Below are positions 19,241 to 27,522 of a DNA stretch of 64,000 nucleotides, in pieces (the stretch's first letter is position 1; each line of letters begins with the position of its first letter). The DNA is from Myxococcota bacterium (lineage in GTDB: Bacteria; Myxococcota_A; UBA796; UBA2385). The notes under the pieces are model-generated. The model ran no database searches. It saw nothing but the letters and a program-made list of their open reading frames with translations, and was not told where the DNA came from. The translations under genes were made by a program, and so were the position numbers. Where the stretch lies: the NCBI GenBank assembly GCA_044344255.1, contig JBIJDH010000009.1, positions 96,001 through 160,000 of the forward strand. Direction: 5' to 3'.

Positions 19241-20473
19241 ATGTACGGCGATACTCCCCTCATCATGGTCGAAGATCAGACCGCCCTCCTGGCGATGGTC
19301 GAGACGCTCCGTCAAGCGCCCGTCATCGGGCTGGACACCGAGGCGGACTCTTTCCATCACTATCGAGAGAAGCTCTGTTTAATCCAGATCTCCGATCTGG
19401 TGAGCGACTACATCGTGGACCCCCTGAAGGTCGCCGACCTGTCGCCGCTCGCGGCGGTCCTCGAAGACCCGAACATCGTCAAGGTCCTCCACGGCGGGGA
19501 CTACGACGTGGTGAGCATCAAGCGCGACACCGGCATCCAGATCCGGCACATCTTCGACACGATGGTCGCCGCGCAGTTCCTCGGCATGCCACGGGTGGGC
19601 CTCGCCGACCTCATCGGCCGATACTTCGGCGTGGTGATCGACAAGCGTTATCAGCGGCACGACTGGGCCCAGCGCCCCCTCGAGATCGAGCACCTCGACT
19701 ACGCACGCGGCGACACCCACTGGCTCCTCGCCCTGCGTGACGTGCTCACCCGACGCCTCGAGCAGACCGGCCGCCTGAGGGCGATGCAGGAAGAGTGCGC
19801 GGTGCTGGAGGAGCGCCAGTGGGGCGGCCGCGAGCACGGCCCCGCCGACTTCCTCCGCGTGAAGGGCTCCACCGGCCTCGACGAGCCCGGCTTCCGCGTG
19901 CTCCGGGCGCTGTGGGCCTACCGCGACCAGTGCGCTCGGGAGGCCGACCGCCCGGCCTTCAAAGTGCTCCCCGATCCCGTGCTGCTCAGCATCGCTCAGC
20001 AGCGCCCGACCACCCCGGACGCGCTCGCCGAGCACATGCGCCGGGGCTCGGCGATGGCGCGCCGGCACGGGGACGCCCTCCTCCAGTGTGTCACCGACGG
20101 CCTCGCCGATCCCACCCCGCTGCCCGACAAGCAGTCTCGGAACGCCCGCTCCAAGACCCCGCGCGCGGAGGAGGCCCCCGGCATCGATCGCCTGATGGCG
20201 GTGCTCAAGGTCTGGCGGAACGACGTGGTCAGCCGCCGAGGCCTCGCGCCGGTGGTCGTCGCGAACAACGGCCTGCTGAAGGAGATCGCCCGCCTCGCCC
20301 CCACCACGCAGGAGGCCCTCGCCGCGGTGCCGGGGATCCGCGCCTGGCAGGTCGAAGACTTCGGCGCCGAGATCCTCGCCCTGGTCGGCTCGATTGAGTC
20401 CTCGACCTCCTCCGGCGCGAAGAAGCGCCGGCGGCGGCGGCGGCGGACCGGCGGCGGGGAGTCCGAAGGCTGA
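19241..20473 (+). CDS. rnd: ribonuclease D with two HRDC domains
   Basis: GLDTEADS, LCLIQI, FDTMVAA, DW--RPL---YARGD, HRDC patterns. Confidence 0.92.
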   Translation: MYGDTPLIMVEDQTALLAMVETLRQAPVIGLDTEADSFHHYREKLCLIQISDLVSDYIVDPLKVADLSPLAAVLEDPNIVKVLHGGDYDVVSIKRDTGIQIRHIFDTMVAAQFLGMPRVGLADLIGRYFGVVIDKRYQRHDWAQRPLEIEHLDYARGDTHWLLALRDVLTRRLEQTGRLRAMQEECAVLEERQWGGREHGPADFLRVKGSTGLDEPGFRVLRALWAYRDQCAREADRPAFKVLPDPVLLSIAQQRPTTPDALAEHMRRGSAMARRHGDALLQCVTDGLADPTPLPDKQSRNARSKTPRAEEAPGIDRLMAVLKVWRNDVVSRRGLAPVVVANNGLLKEIARLAPTTQEALAAVPGIRAWQVEDFGAEILALVGSIESSTSSGAKKRRRRRRRTGGGESEG

Positions 20474-20491
20474 ACCGCGCTCGTGCTCCCC

Positions 20492-21790
20492 TCAGCGGGA
20501 GGGAGCGCCGCGTCGCCGATCCCGGCTGATCAGCCCACAGAGGCCCACCAAGAGGAGGCCCGCCACCGGTGCCCGGCCGCGGGGGAGCGTGGAGCAGCCG
20601 CCCTTGCCGTCGTCGTCGTCGCCGATGACCGTGCCAGACTCTTCGTCTCGCGGCCCGTGATCGGGGGGCACGCCGCCGCCGTCGGTCGCGCCGCCGTCGC
20701 TGCCGTCGGTACCCCCGTCGGCGCCGCCGTCCGTTCCGCCGTCCGTGCCGCCGTCGCCCCCGCCGTCGGTGCCCGCCTCCTCGGTGGTGGCGGCGTCGAT
20801 CGCGGCCCAGAAGTCGGGATCTCCGCCGTCATAGCCGATGGCCCAGAAGCCGATGCCGCCGAGGCCGCGATCGAGGGCGTACTCCGTCTTCAAGACGATC
20901 GACTCGGTGTCGTCGTACCAGACCTGGGTGGTGCTGCCGGCGGCGTACCAAGGGGAGGCGCTCTCTTCGTCCCACTGCTTGCCGTACACGGCGGCCTCGT
21001 ACTCGGCGTCGGTGTAGGTGATGCTCCCGTCCGAGTCGTAGGTGGTGGCGGGCACCACGCTCGAGCTGGCCACGACCCAGGCCTGGCCGTAGAGCGGGAG
21101 CCCGATGACCACCTTGGAGAGGATCGCGTCGTAGGCTTCATAGTCGTCGATCGACCACTCCAGGGAGTAGGCCCCCCAGCGGCTGCTCCCGTACAGGGGC
21201 AGGTTGGGCCCGGCGTCTCCCCCCGACCAGTGGACGCCGTAGCCCATGATGAAGAGACCATCGGCGACGGCGCTCAGGGCCGAGTAGTCGAAGGCCCCGC
21301 TCCAATCGACGAGGGGGGTCGCGATCCAGACCTCGCCGGTGCGGGCCTGGAGCTCCTCGATGAAGGTGACGAAGACGTCGCTGTCTTCACCGTAGAGGCC
21401 CTCGAAGTCGACGTTGACACCGTCGGCGCCGTAGGCGTCTACCTGGTCACCGAGGGCCTCCACGAGCTTCGCCCGGGCGCTCGCCGAGTTCAGGAGGGCG
21501 TGCTGGACGCCACCGTCAAAGGAGGCCACGCCGAGGTGGACCTTCACGCCGCTCGCGTTGCCCAGCGAGACCGCCTCCGCGGCGCGATCCGTCCAGTGCG
21601 AGAGAGAGCTGAGGGATCCGTCTGAGTTCGCCGCCACCTCGAAGATGCAGAGGTGCGTCAGGCTCGACCAGGGGACCTCAGCAGGCGACTCCTCCCAGTA
21701 GGGGAGGTAGCCGTACACCACGCCCGTGCGGACCAGCTCAGGAGGGGGCGGAGCGGAGAGGGCCTGCTGAACGAGGAGGAGGAGCATCAT
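20492..21790 (-). CDS. glycoside hydrolase family 18 protein with MYXO-CTERM-type tail
   Basis: GYLPYW, DGVNVDFE, IMGY, IGLPLYG, VWYDD, GIGFWAIGYD; Gly/Asp/Thr linker; GGCS-hydrophobic-RRR tail. Confidence 0.88.
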   Translation of the reverse strand: MMLLLLVQQALSAPPPPELVRTGVVYGYLPYWEESPAEVPWSSLTHLCIFEVAANSDGSLSSLSHWTDRAAEAVSLGNASGVKVHLGVASFDGGVQHALLNSASARAKLVEALGDQVDAYGADGVNVDFEGLYGEDSDVFVTFIEELQARTGEVWIATPLVDWSGAFDYSALSAVADGLFIMGYGVHWSGGDAGPNLPLYGSSRWGAYSLEWSIDDYEAYDAILSKVVIGLPLYGQAWVVASSSVVPATTYDSDGSITYTDAEYEAAVYGKQWDEESASPWYAAGSTTQVWYDDTESIVLKTEYALDRGLGGIGFWAIGYDGGDPDFWAAIDAATTEEAGTDGGGDGGTDGGTDGGADGGTDGSDGGATDGGGVPPDHGPRDEESGTVIGDDDDGKGGCSTLPRGRAPVAGLLLVGLCGLISRDRRRGAPSR

Positions 21791-21796
21791 GCCCCG

Positions 21797-21806
21797 ATTA
21801 TACACA
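21797..21806 (-). promoter_or_regulatory. extended -10 element of a probably leaderless GH18 transcript
   Basis: TGTGTATAAT on the minus strand, 6 nt upstream of ATG 21790. Confidence 0.6.
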
Positions 21807-21889
21807 TCGGGGTGGACGCTCCTTCCGGTGACCTCAAGGGCGAGGGACGGCCTAGGCCGGCGCCCCGAAGCAGGGCCTCGATCGACGGC

Positions 21890-22210
21890 TCAGTGACCGC
21901 GACCAGCCTTGCCACCCTTGCCCGCCTTGCCGCCGCGCCCACCGCCGCCGCCGGACTTCGACTCTTCGGTGGCCTCGGTGGTGGTGGTGGTGGTGGTCTC
22001 CGTGGTGGTGGTGGCCGCCGCGGGGGCGGCCTCGGCCGGCGGCGCGGCGGCGGGCTCAGCGGGGGCGGCGGCGGGCGCGGCCGCGGCGGGCTCAGCGGCG
22101 GCGGGCGCCGGAGTGGCCTCGGGGGCGGGGGTGGTCACCTCGGAGCTGCCCCCGCAGGCGAGGATGGCGGCGGCGAGGGCGAGGACGACGGGGAAGAGGC
22201 GCTTCATCAT
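21890..22210 (-). CDS. small low-complexity lipoprotein (Pro/Ala/Thr-rich, basic Gly-Lys tail)
   Basis: GGAG RBS, MMKRLF..ILACGG lipobox, PAA repeats, poly-Thr. Confidence 0.7.
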   Translation of the reverse strand: MMKRLFPVVLALAAAILACGGSSEVTTPAPEATPAPAAAEPAAAAPAAAPAEPAAAPPAEAAPAAATTTTETTTTTTTEATEESKSGGGGGRGGKAGKGGKAGRGH

Positions 22211-22304
22211 GATCTCCAAGGGAACGTGCGGGCGTCGCTTATTGTGTTTTGGCGCGCACGGGCAGCTCCGGCGACGAGATCCTCGCGGGGAGCCCCCGCC
22301 GGCC

Positions 22305-24677
22305 TCAGGGCTCGGCGACCTTCACCGCGGTGACGAGCCGCTCGGCGACCACGCCATGCCCGAGCGCCGTCAAGTGCGAGTCGTCGAGGAAGACGGGCCC
22401 GCCGCGGTGATCGTAGAGCACGCCCGCGAGATCGAGGTACTGGACGTGGTCGGGGTCCGCGGCCGCGACCCGGCTCATCATCGTGTTGTATGTGTACAGC
22501 GGGCCCGGATCGGGAGACAGGCCCTCGCTGGCCAGGATCAGCCGGCCGCCCCGCCCGACCACGAGGTCGCGGATGGCCTGGAGGTTGAGCTCAGCGTCCT
22601 CCACGGGCACCGCGACTCGGCGGTCGGCCGGCCGGAGCGCGGCGAGCCCGTACCGAAGGCCCATGTAGAGCCGGAAGCGTTGGAAGAAGGTGCTCAGCGA
22701 GCGGTTGGCGCCCACCTGCCGCCAGGCCGTATAGAGCTCGGCGAAGGGGAGGGGAACGGGGGTCAGCGCGTCATTCCGACCGACGTACAGCGTGAGCACG
22801 TCGGGGTCGAGCGCGTCGATGGACGCCTCGAGGTAGCGGCGGATGTGCCAGGTCGTCCATCCGCCCACGCCCTGGTTCACCACCTGCCAGGCCGGACCGA
22901 GGGCCTCGGCCATGCGCGCGGGGTAGAACTCGTCGAGATCATCGTTCTGGAAGGCGCCGCCGGTGCTGCTCCCGCCCATCGCCACGAGGCGCCGGCGACC
23001 GTCGGCGGCGGGGATGGGGACGGGGAAGCCGCGGTCCGGGTAGCGCGTGTGCCTCCCCGACTCGAAGAGCTGAAACTGCTCGTTGGCGGTGGGGATGATG
23101 CCGTAGATGTCGCCGATGTCGCCGTGGGTTCGAGGGGACCACGCCACGCCCGCCTCGGTGTAGCGGACCATGTGCTCGAGGGAGATCAGGCTCAGCCCCA
23201 GGGCGGCGAGGCAGATGAAGTTGTACGCGGCGAGCCGCGGCGCGTTGGCGTTCGCCCAGACGAGGAGCGCGGCGGAGAGGCCCACGCCGCCGGCCAGCGG
23301 CACCGCGATCGGGTGCAGGGGGCTGAGCTGCGCGAGGACGCAGGCGGCGAGGGTGCCGCTTCCCACGATCCAGGTGGCCGACCGCTCCGGACACAGGCTG
23401 CCGAGGCGGCGCATCACCGCCGGCACGACCAGCGCCGCGCCGATCGAGGCGCCCACCCCGAGCAGGATGACGCTCCCCTGCGAGAGGGGGGCCGGCGCCC
23501 CGGCGACGGCCAGCACCGAAGGCATCCCCGCGGCGAAGGGGGCGGAGCGGGGCCAGTCGCGCCGATCGCGGTCCCAGGTGGCGCCGCCCTGCTCCCGAAG
23601 CGCGCGGCCGAGGTGGTGGGCCAGCTTGAGCCCCGTCACCAGGCCCACCGGACCGAGCACGGACAGCGCGCCGTCGGGGAGCCAGGTGAGCCGCGCGGTC
23701 TCCGTCCAGAGCCGGGTGTCGACGAAGCGGAGCGGCAGCGCGAGGATCAGCGGAGCGGAGGTGAGGGCGACGAGGAGCGGCCATGCCCCCAGCCACAGCT
23801 CGGCGACCGCGACCAGCAGTCCGACGAGCGCCCCGACCAGCCAGAACAGCGGCCGGAGGCCCGGACCGGGGGCCGGTGACTCCACGCCGTTCACGGTGAG
23901 ACCGCCGATCGCCACGCGCCGCATGCCCGGGTGTACCGAGGGACCCCGGGTGCCGAGCACCACCGGGCACTCGACCCGCGCTCCACCCACGGACACGCGC
24001 ACCCCGTCAGGCGCCGGCACGATCGAGACCTCCAACGGGGTGGCGCCGGGCGCCGGCAGTCCGTCGGAGCACGGCAGGCGGCTCCGGCCGGCCGCGGTGA
24101 CCGTGACCACCTCCGACGAGGGCACGCCCAGGCGCTCGAGGACGAGGCCCACCGCTCGCTCGGTCGGGGTCGAAGGCGGTTGGGAGAGCGTGGACGGCAA
24201 CCACCGAAAGCCGGGGACCCATTCGAGCATCTCGGCGTCGCGCTCGAAGTTGGAGGCGCTCGGTGGGCGGCCCCCGGCCGGCGCGCCCCGGGCGCCGCCT
24301 TCCGCTTCATTGCGCCCGGGGGCCTGCATCACGGGCTGCTTCGGCGGAGGGGAGGAGGCCCAAAGCACGATCTGCCCCTCCTCTGGGAGCCGCACTCGCC
24401 CGCTCAGGGCGCTCGGGCTCACCGCTGCGGCCGGATCGAGGGGGAAGATCACCTCGCCGAAGTCGAGAGACCAGTCCTCGGGCTGGATGGGCAGCGTCCC
24501 AGCAAGATCCGTGAGGTGGTACGGCACGGGGCTCGCCTCCCGCTGCCAGCCGGCGGGCGGGAGCTGCGCACGCCCGACCACCCGCCCGGAGTAGACCGCT
24601 TCGGCCACCACGGCCCCCCCGGTGAGGCCGAGGGCGAGCACGAGGAGCCGGGTTCGGTCGATGTCCGCGGCGCGCAT
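22305..24677 (-). CDS. membrane protein with C-terminal SGNH/GDSL hydrolase domain
   Basis: Central multi-TM region; blocks GGSST, NQGVGG, GRND, DDSH. Confidence 0.8.
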   Translation of the reverse strand: MRAADIDRTRLLVLALGLTGGAVVAEAVYSGRVVGRAQLPPAGWQREASPVPYHLTDLAGTLPIQPEDWSLDFGEVIFPLDPAAAVSPSALSGRVRLPEEGQIVLWASSPPPKQPVMQAPGRNEAEGGARGAPAGGRPPSASNFERDAEMLEWVPGFRWLPSTLSQPPSTPTERAVGLVLERLGVPSSEVVTVTAAGRSRLPCSDGLPAPGATPLEVSIVPAPDGVRVSVGGARVECPVVLGTRGPSVHPGMRRVAIGGLTVNGVESPAPGPGLRPLFWLVGALVGLLVAVAELWLGAWPLLVALTSAPLILALPLRFVDTRLWTETARLTWLPDGALSVLGPVGLVTGLKLAHHLGRALREQGGATWDRDRRDWPRSAPFAAGMPSVLAVAGAPAPLSQGSVILLGVGASIGAALVVPAVMRRLGSLCPERSATWIVGSGTLAACVLAQLSPLHPIAVPLAGGVGLSAALLVWANANAPRLAAYNFICLAALGLSLISLEHMVRYTEAGVAWSPRTHGDIGDIYGIIPTANEQFQLFESGRHTRYPDRGFPVPIPAADGRRRLVAMGGSSTGGAFQNDDLDEFYPARMAEALGPAWQVVNQGVGGWTTWHIRRYLEASIDALDPDVLTLYVGRNDALTPVPLPFAELYTAWRQVGANRSLSTFFQRFRLYMGLRYGLAALRPADRRVAVPVEDAELNLQAIRDLVVGRGGRLILASEGLSPDPGPLYTYNTMMSRVAAADPDHVQYLDLAGVLYDHRGGPVFLDDSHLTALGHGVVAERLVTAVKVAEP

Positions 24678-25286
24678 TCAGGTGACCGGCACGGCCTTCA
24701 CCTTCGCCTTGCCCTCTTCGACCGTCACCCGGAAGCGGACCTGCTCGACGCCGAAGCGGCTCTTGATCGTGCGAGTCTGCTTCTGCAGGACATCTCGCAC
24801 GGACTCGTAGGTGAGATCGCCGGCCTGCCCGCACTCCGCCCGCGTCTTGACGTATTTCTCATAGATCTCGCGGTAGCCGGCCTCCTCCCGCTCCTGGGGG
24901 GTCAACGGCCGAGGCTTCGGCGCCGACTTCTCCGCCTCGCCGGACTCGACGCCGCGCTGGCGGTCGTGAAGATCGGCCCGGAACTTCATCCGAGGGTGGG
25001 TGCCGCGCTCCACCATCACGAGGTTGCGGGTCAAATAGAGGTCCAGGCTCGAAAAACGAGCCCGGAGCGTGTTGATCCGATACTGTTGCGCGGTGTTCTT
25101 CACGGACGTGAGCTCGGCGATGATGTCGCGCAGGGCCCGCTTCATGTCGTCCCGCTCTCGAACGGGCTCGATCGACTCCAAGCCGGAGAAGTACTTCTCG
25201 TACTCGATCTTGAGGATGAACATGCGCTTTTCGAATTCGTCGAGGCGCGAACCCAAGCCGCGGTCAAGTCTTTGGACCTTCGCCAC
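24678..25286 (-). CDS. MXAN_5187 C-terminal-domain-like protein
   Basis: LKIEYEKYFSG-E--EP, LRARFSS, IYEKYV-TR---G, VRFRVTVEEGKAKVKA; GGAGG upstream of GTG. Confidence 0.75.
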   Translation of the reverse strand: MAKVQRLDRGLGSRLDEFEKRMFILKIEYEKYFSGLESIEPVRERDDMKRALRDIIAELTSVKNTAQQYRINTLRARFSSLDLYLTRNLVMVERGTHPRMKFRADLHDRQRGVESGEAEKSAPKPRPLTPQEREEAGYREIYEKYVKTRAECGQAGDLTYESVRDVLQKQTRTIKSRFGVEQVRFRVTVEEGKAKVKAVPVT

Positions 25287-25492
25287 TTCCTGCTCCTCCC
25301 TCAATCAACTGTGCTCGAAAGGCAACTCTGCTCGATCGGACATCGAGGCGGTCGAACGACACGAAGGCCGAAGAGCGGAGCCGCGCGACGCCGCCCCCTC
25401 CCGGTCGGCCCGCTCAGCACCGACCCGCATTCAGGTAGTCTACCACCCGTGACGGGGGACCCCCTCCGCACCACCCGACCTTCGGCAGGCAG

Positions 25493-26305
25493 ATGCCCGA
25501 TCCAGAGCGGCTAAGAGTCCTCGTCGTAGACGACGAGGAGGAGATCCTGGAGCTCCTCGGCGAGTACCTCAAGGCGCGTGGCCACGAGGTCCGCACGGCG
25601 TACGACGGGCGCGACGCCATCGACCTCATCCGTCAGGGCGCGCTCGATCTGGTGATCACCGACCTGAAGATGCCCGGAATGGGCGGCATCGAGCTCCAGA
25701 CCGAGATCGCCCGACTGAACCAACCGGTGGCGACGATCCTGATGACCGGCTTCGGCACGGTGGAGACCGCCGTCCAGGCGATGCAGGCGGGGGCCTACGA
25801 CTATCTGCTCAAGCCCTTCAAGCTCCGCAGCGTGCACGACGCCATGCTCCGCGCCTGGGAGCGGCTCCGACGGGAGCGGGAGCAGGCCCGCCGCGCCGAG
25901 CTCGTTCAGTTCTATGAGGTCGCGACCAGCCTCGATGATCCCGCTGGGCTGCCCCGCCTCTTCGGCCTGCTCGCCGCGGTGGCGCGACGGGAGACCGCCG
26001 CCGACGAGGTCGCGCTGTGGATGCGCGGCCCGTCGGGTTGGGAGGCGGTGGCGCGCGGGGGCACCGTTCGCCGGCTCGCGACCTTCGACGTCGAGGGGAT
26101 CTCAAGCCCCATCGATCTCCCCGAGGGCGGGGCCGCGGCGCCGATCCTCGTCGGCTATGCCCGCGCCGGCGTGATCGCGGTGGCGGGCGGCGAGCGGCGG
26201 GCGAACCGCCTCGAGCGGCTCCTGCTCCTGTCGCGGGTGCTCGGTCAAAACCTCGCCCGCCTCGGGTGGCAGCCCCGCCTGAGCGAGGGGAGGGGCTCCG
26301 CCTGA
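25493..26305 (+). CDS. response regulator receiver plus degenerate GAF-like domain
   Basis: VLVVDDE, TDLKMP, MTGFG, AYDYLLKPF. Confidence 0.88.
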   Translation: MPDPERLRVLVVDDEEEILELLGEYLKARGHEVRTAYDGRDAIDLIRQGALDLVITDLKMPGMGGIELQTEIARLNQPVATILMTGFGTVETAVQAMQAGAYDYLLKPFKLRSVHDAMLRAWERLRREREQARRAELVQFYEVATSLDDPAGLPRLFGLLAAVARRETAADEVALWMRGPSGWEAVARGGTVRRLATFDVEGISSPIDLPEGGAAAPILVGYARAGVIAVAGGERRANRLERLLLLSRVLGQNLARLGWQPRLSEGRGSA

Positions 26306-26323
26306 GCGGGGCCCGCCTCGGGC

Positions 26324-27382
26324 TCACCAGGCGAGCTCCGCCAGCACCGGGAGATGATCGGAGGGGGGCTCGGCCAGATGACCGACCCGCGCCGACACGA
26401 GCCGGAAGGCGTCTCCGTGGAAGATGTAGTCCAGCCGCCGATTGGGAGCGGCGGCGGGGAAGGTGAACCAGGCGGACTCCCCGGCCTGGTAGACCGAGGT
26501 GGGTACGACCTCGTGCAGGCCCGGGATCCCGGCGAGGCGATCGAGGGTGTCATCGTCGCTCATGTCGGTCTCGGGCTCGTCGGGGAAGCCTCGCCGAAGG
26601 GTCGCCACGGTGGGCACGGCGTTCATGTCTCCGAGCAGCAGCGCGCCGCCCTTCATGTCCTGGAGGGCATGGGCGAGGATCGCGGCCTGCTCCCGCTTGT
26701 TCTGGATGTCGAAGGCCTCGAGGTGGGTGTTGATCACCCGCATCTCACGGCCAGGGCCGACCTCGACATCCACCTGGAGCACCGCCCTGTGCAGGTAGAA
26801 GCTCCGGTAGAGGAAGGACGCCGCGGCCGGCTGGGGGAGGCCCTGGCGGGAGGCGTCGCGCAGCGGGAAGCGCGAGAGGATCGCCTGCCCCGATCGCACC
26901 CGCCCGATGTGGCGGCGCGGATCGAGGCCCGGCCAGGGCACCCAGCGTGCGTTCCAGGTCTCGGTCCAGGCGGCCCAGGGGTAGCCGGTGGCCTCCCGCA
27001 GCCAAACGAGCTGATCGATGTCGAAGGAACGCACGGCGCCGCGATCCACCTCTTGGAGGGCGACGATGTCAGGGTCCCACGCTCGGATCTGCGCCGCGAT
27101 CTGCTCAAGGTAGCCCACCACCTGATCCCGACCGAGCCCGCGCCCCCGATCGAGGGTGGGGCCGTAGCCGTAGTGGATGTTCCAGGTGAGGACCCGCAGC
27201 GGACGCCCGTCTTCGAGGGTGTGGACGGGAGCACCGGCCGCGGGGGAGAGCACATCGGCGCCCTCGGGCCGCTGACCGCGTCCCCAGAGCAGGGCCCCGC
27301 TGATGAGGCCCACGGGGCCGAGCAGGCCGAGCATCCACCACCACTTGCGGCGGTGGGCGGGCGACGGCTGAGGGTCGGACAT
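26324..27382 (-). CDS. endonuclease/exonuclease/phosphatase family protein, membrane-anchored
   Basis: TWNIH, LQEVD, NTHLE, GDMN, LDYIF, SDHLPV; N-terminal TM. Confidence 0.9.
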   Translation of the reverse strand: MSDPQPSPAHRRKWWWMLGLLGPVGLISGALLWGRGQRPEGADVLSPAAGAPVHTLEDGRPLRVLTWNIHYGYGPTLDRGRGLGRDQVVGYLEQIAAQIRAWDPDIVALQEVDRGAVRSFDIDQLVWLREATGYPWAAWTETWNARWVPWPGLDPRRHIGRVRSGQAILSRFPLRDASRQGLPQPAAASFLYRSFYLHRAVLQVDVEVGPGREMRVINTHLEAFDIQNKREQAAILAHALQDMKGGALLLGDMNAVPTVATLRRGFPDEPETDMSDDDTLDRLAGIPGLHEVVPTSVYQAGESAWFTFPAAAPNRRLDYIFHGDAFRLVSARVGHLAEPPSDHLPVLAELAW

Positions 27383-27522
27383 CGGTTCCGCCTGGGGCAA
27401 ACGGTGGGCAGGAGGCCACGGTCGAGGGCTGGTCTAGCATGAAACGGCGCGGCGGCGGCTGTCCACCCGCTTTGCCCCCGTCGCGCGTCGGGCTATGCGC
27501 CGGGGCCTGCCCGGACGGACCC

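Noticed and set aside
20680..22130. Short tandem repeats as CRISPR-like arrays
   Set aside because: These are coding low-complexity linkers (GGTD, poly-Thr, PAA) with no repeat-spacer structure and no cas genes.
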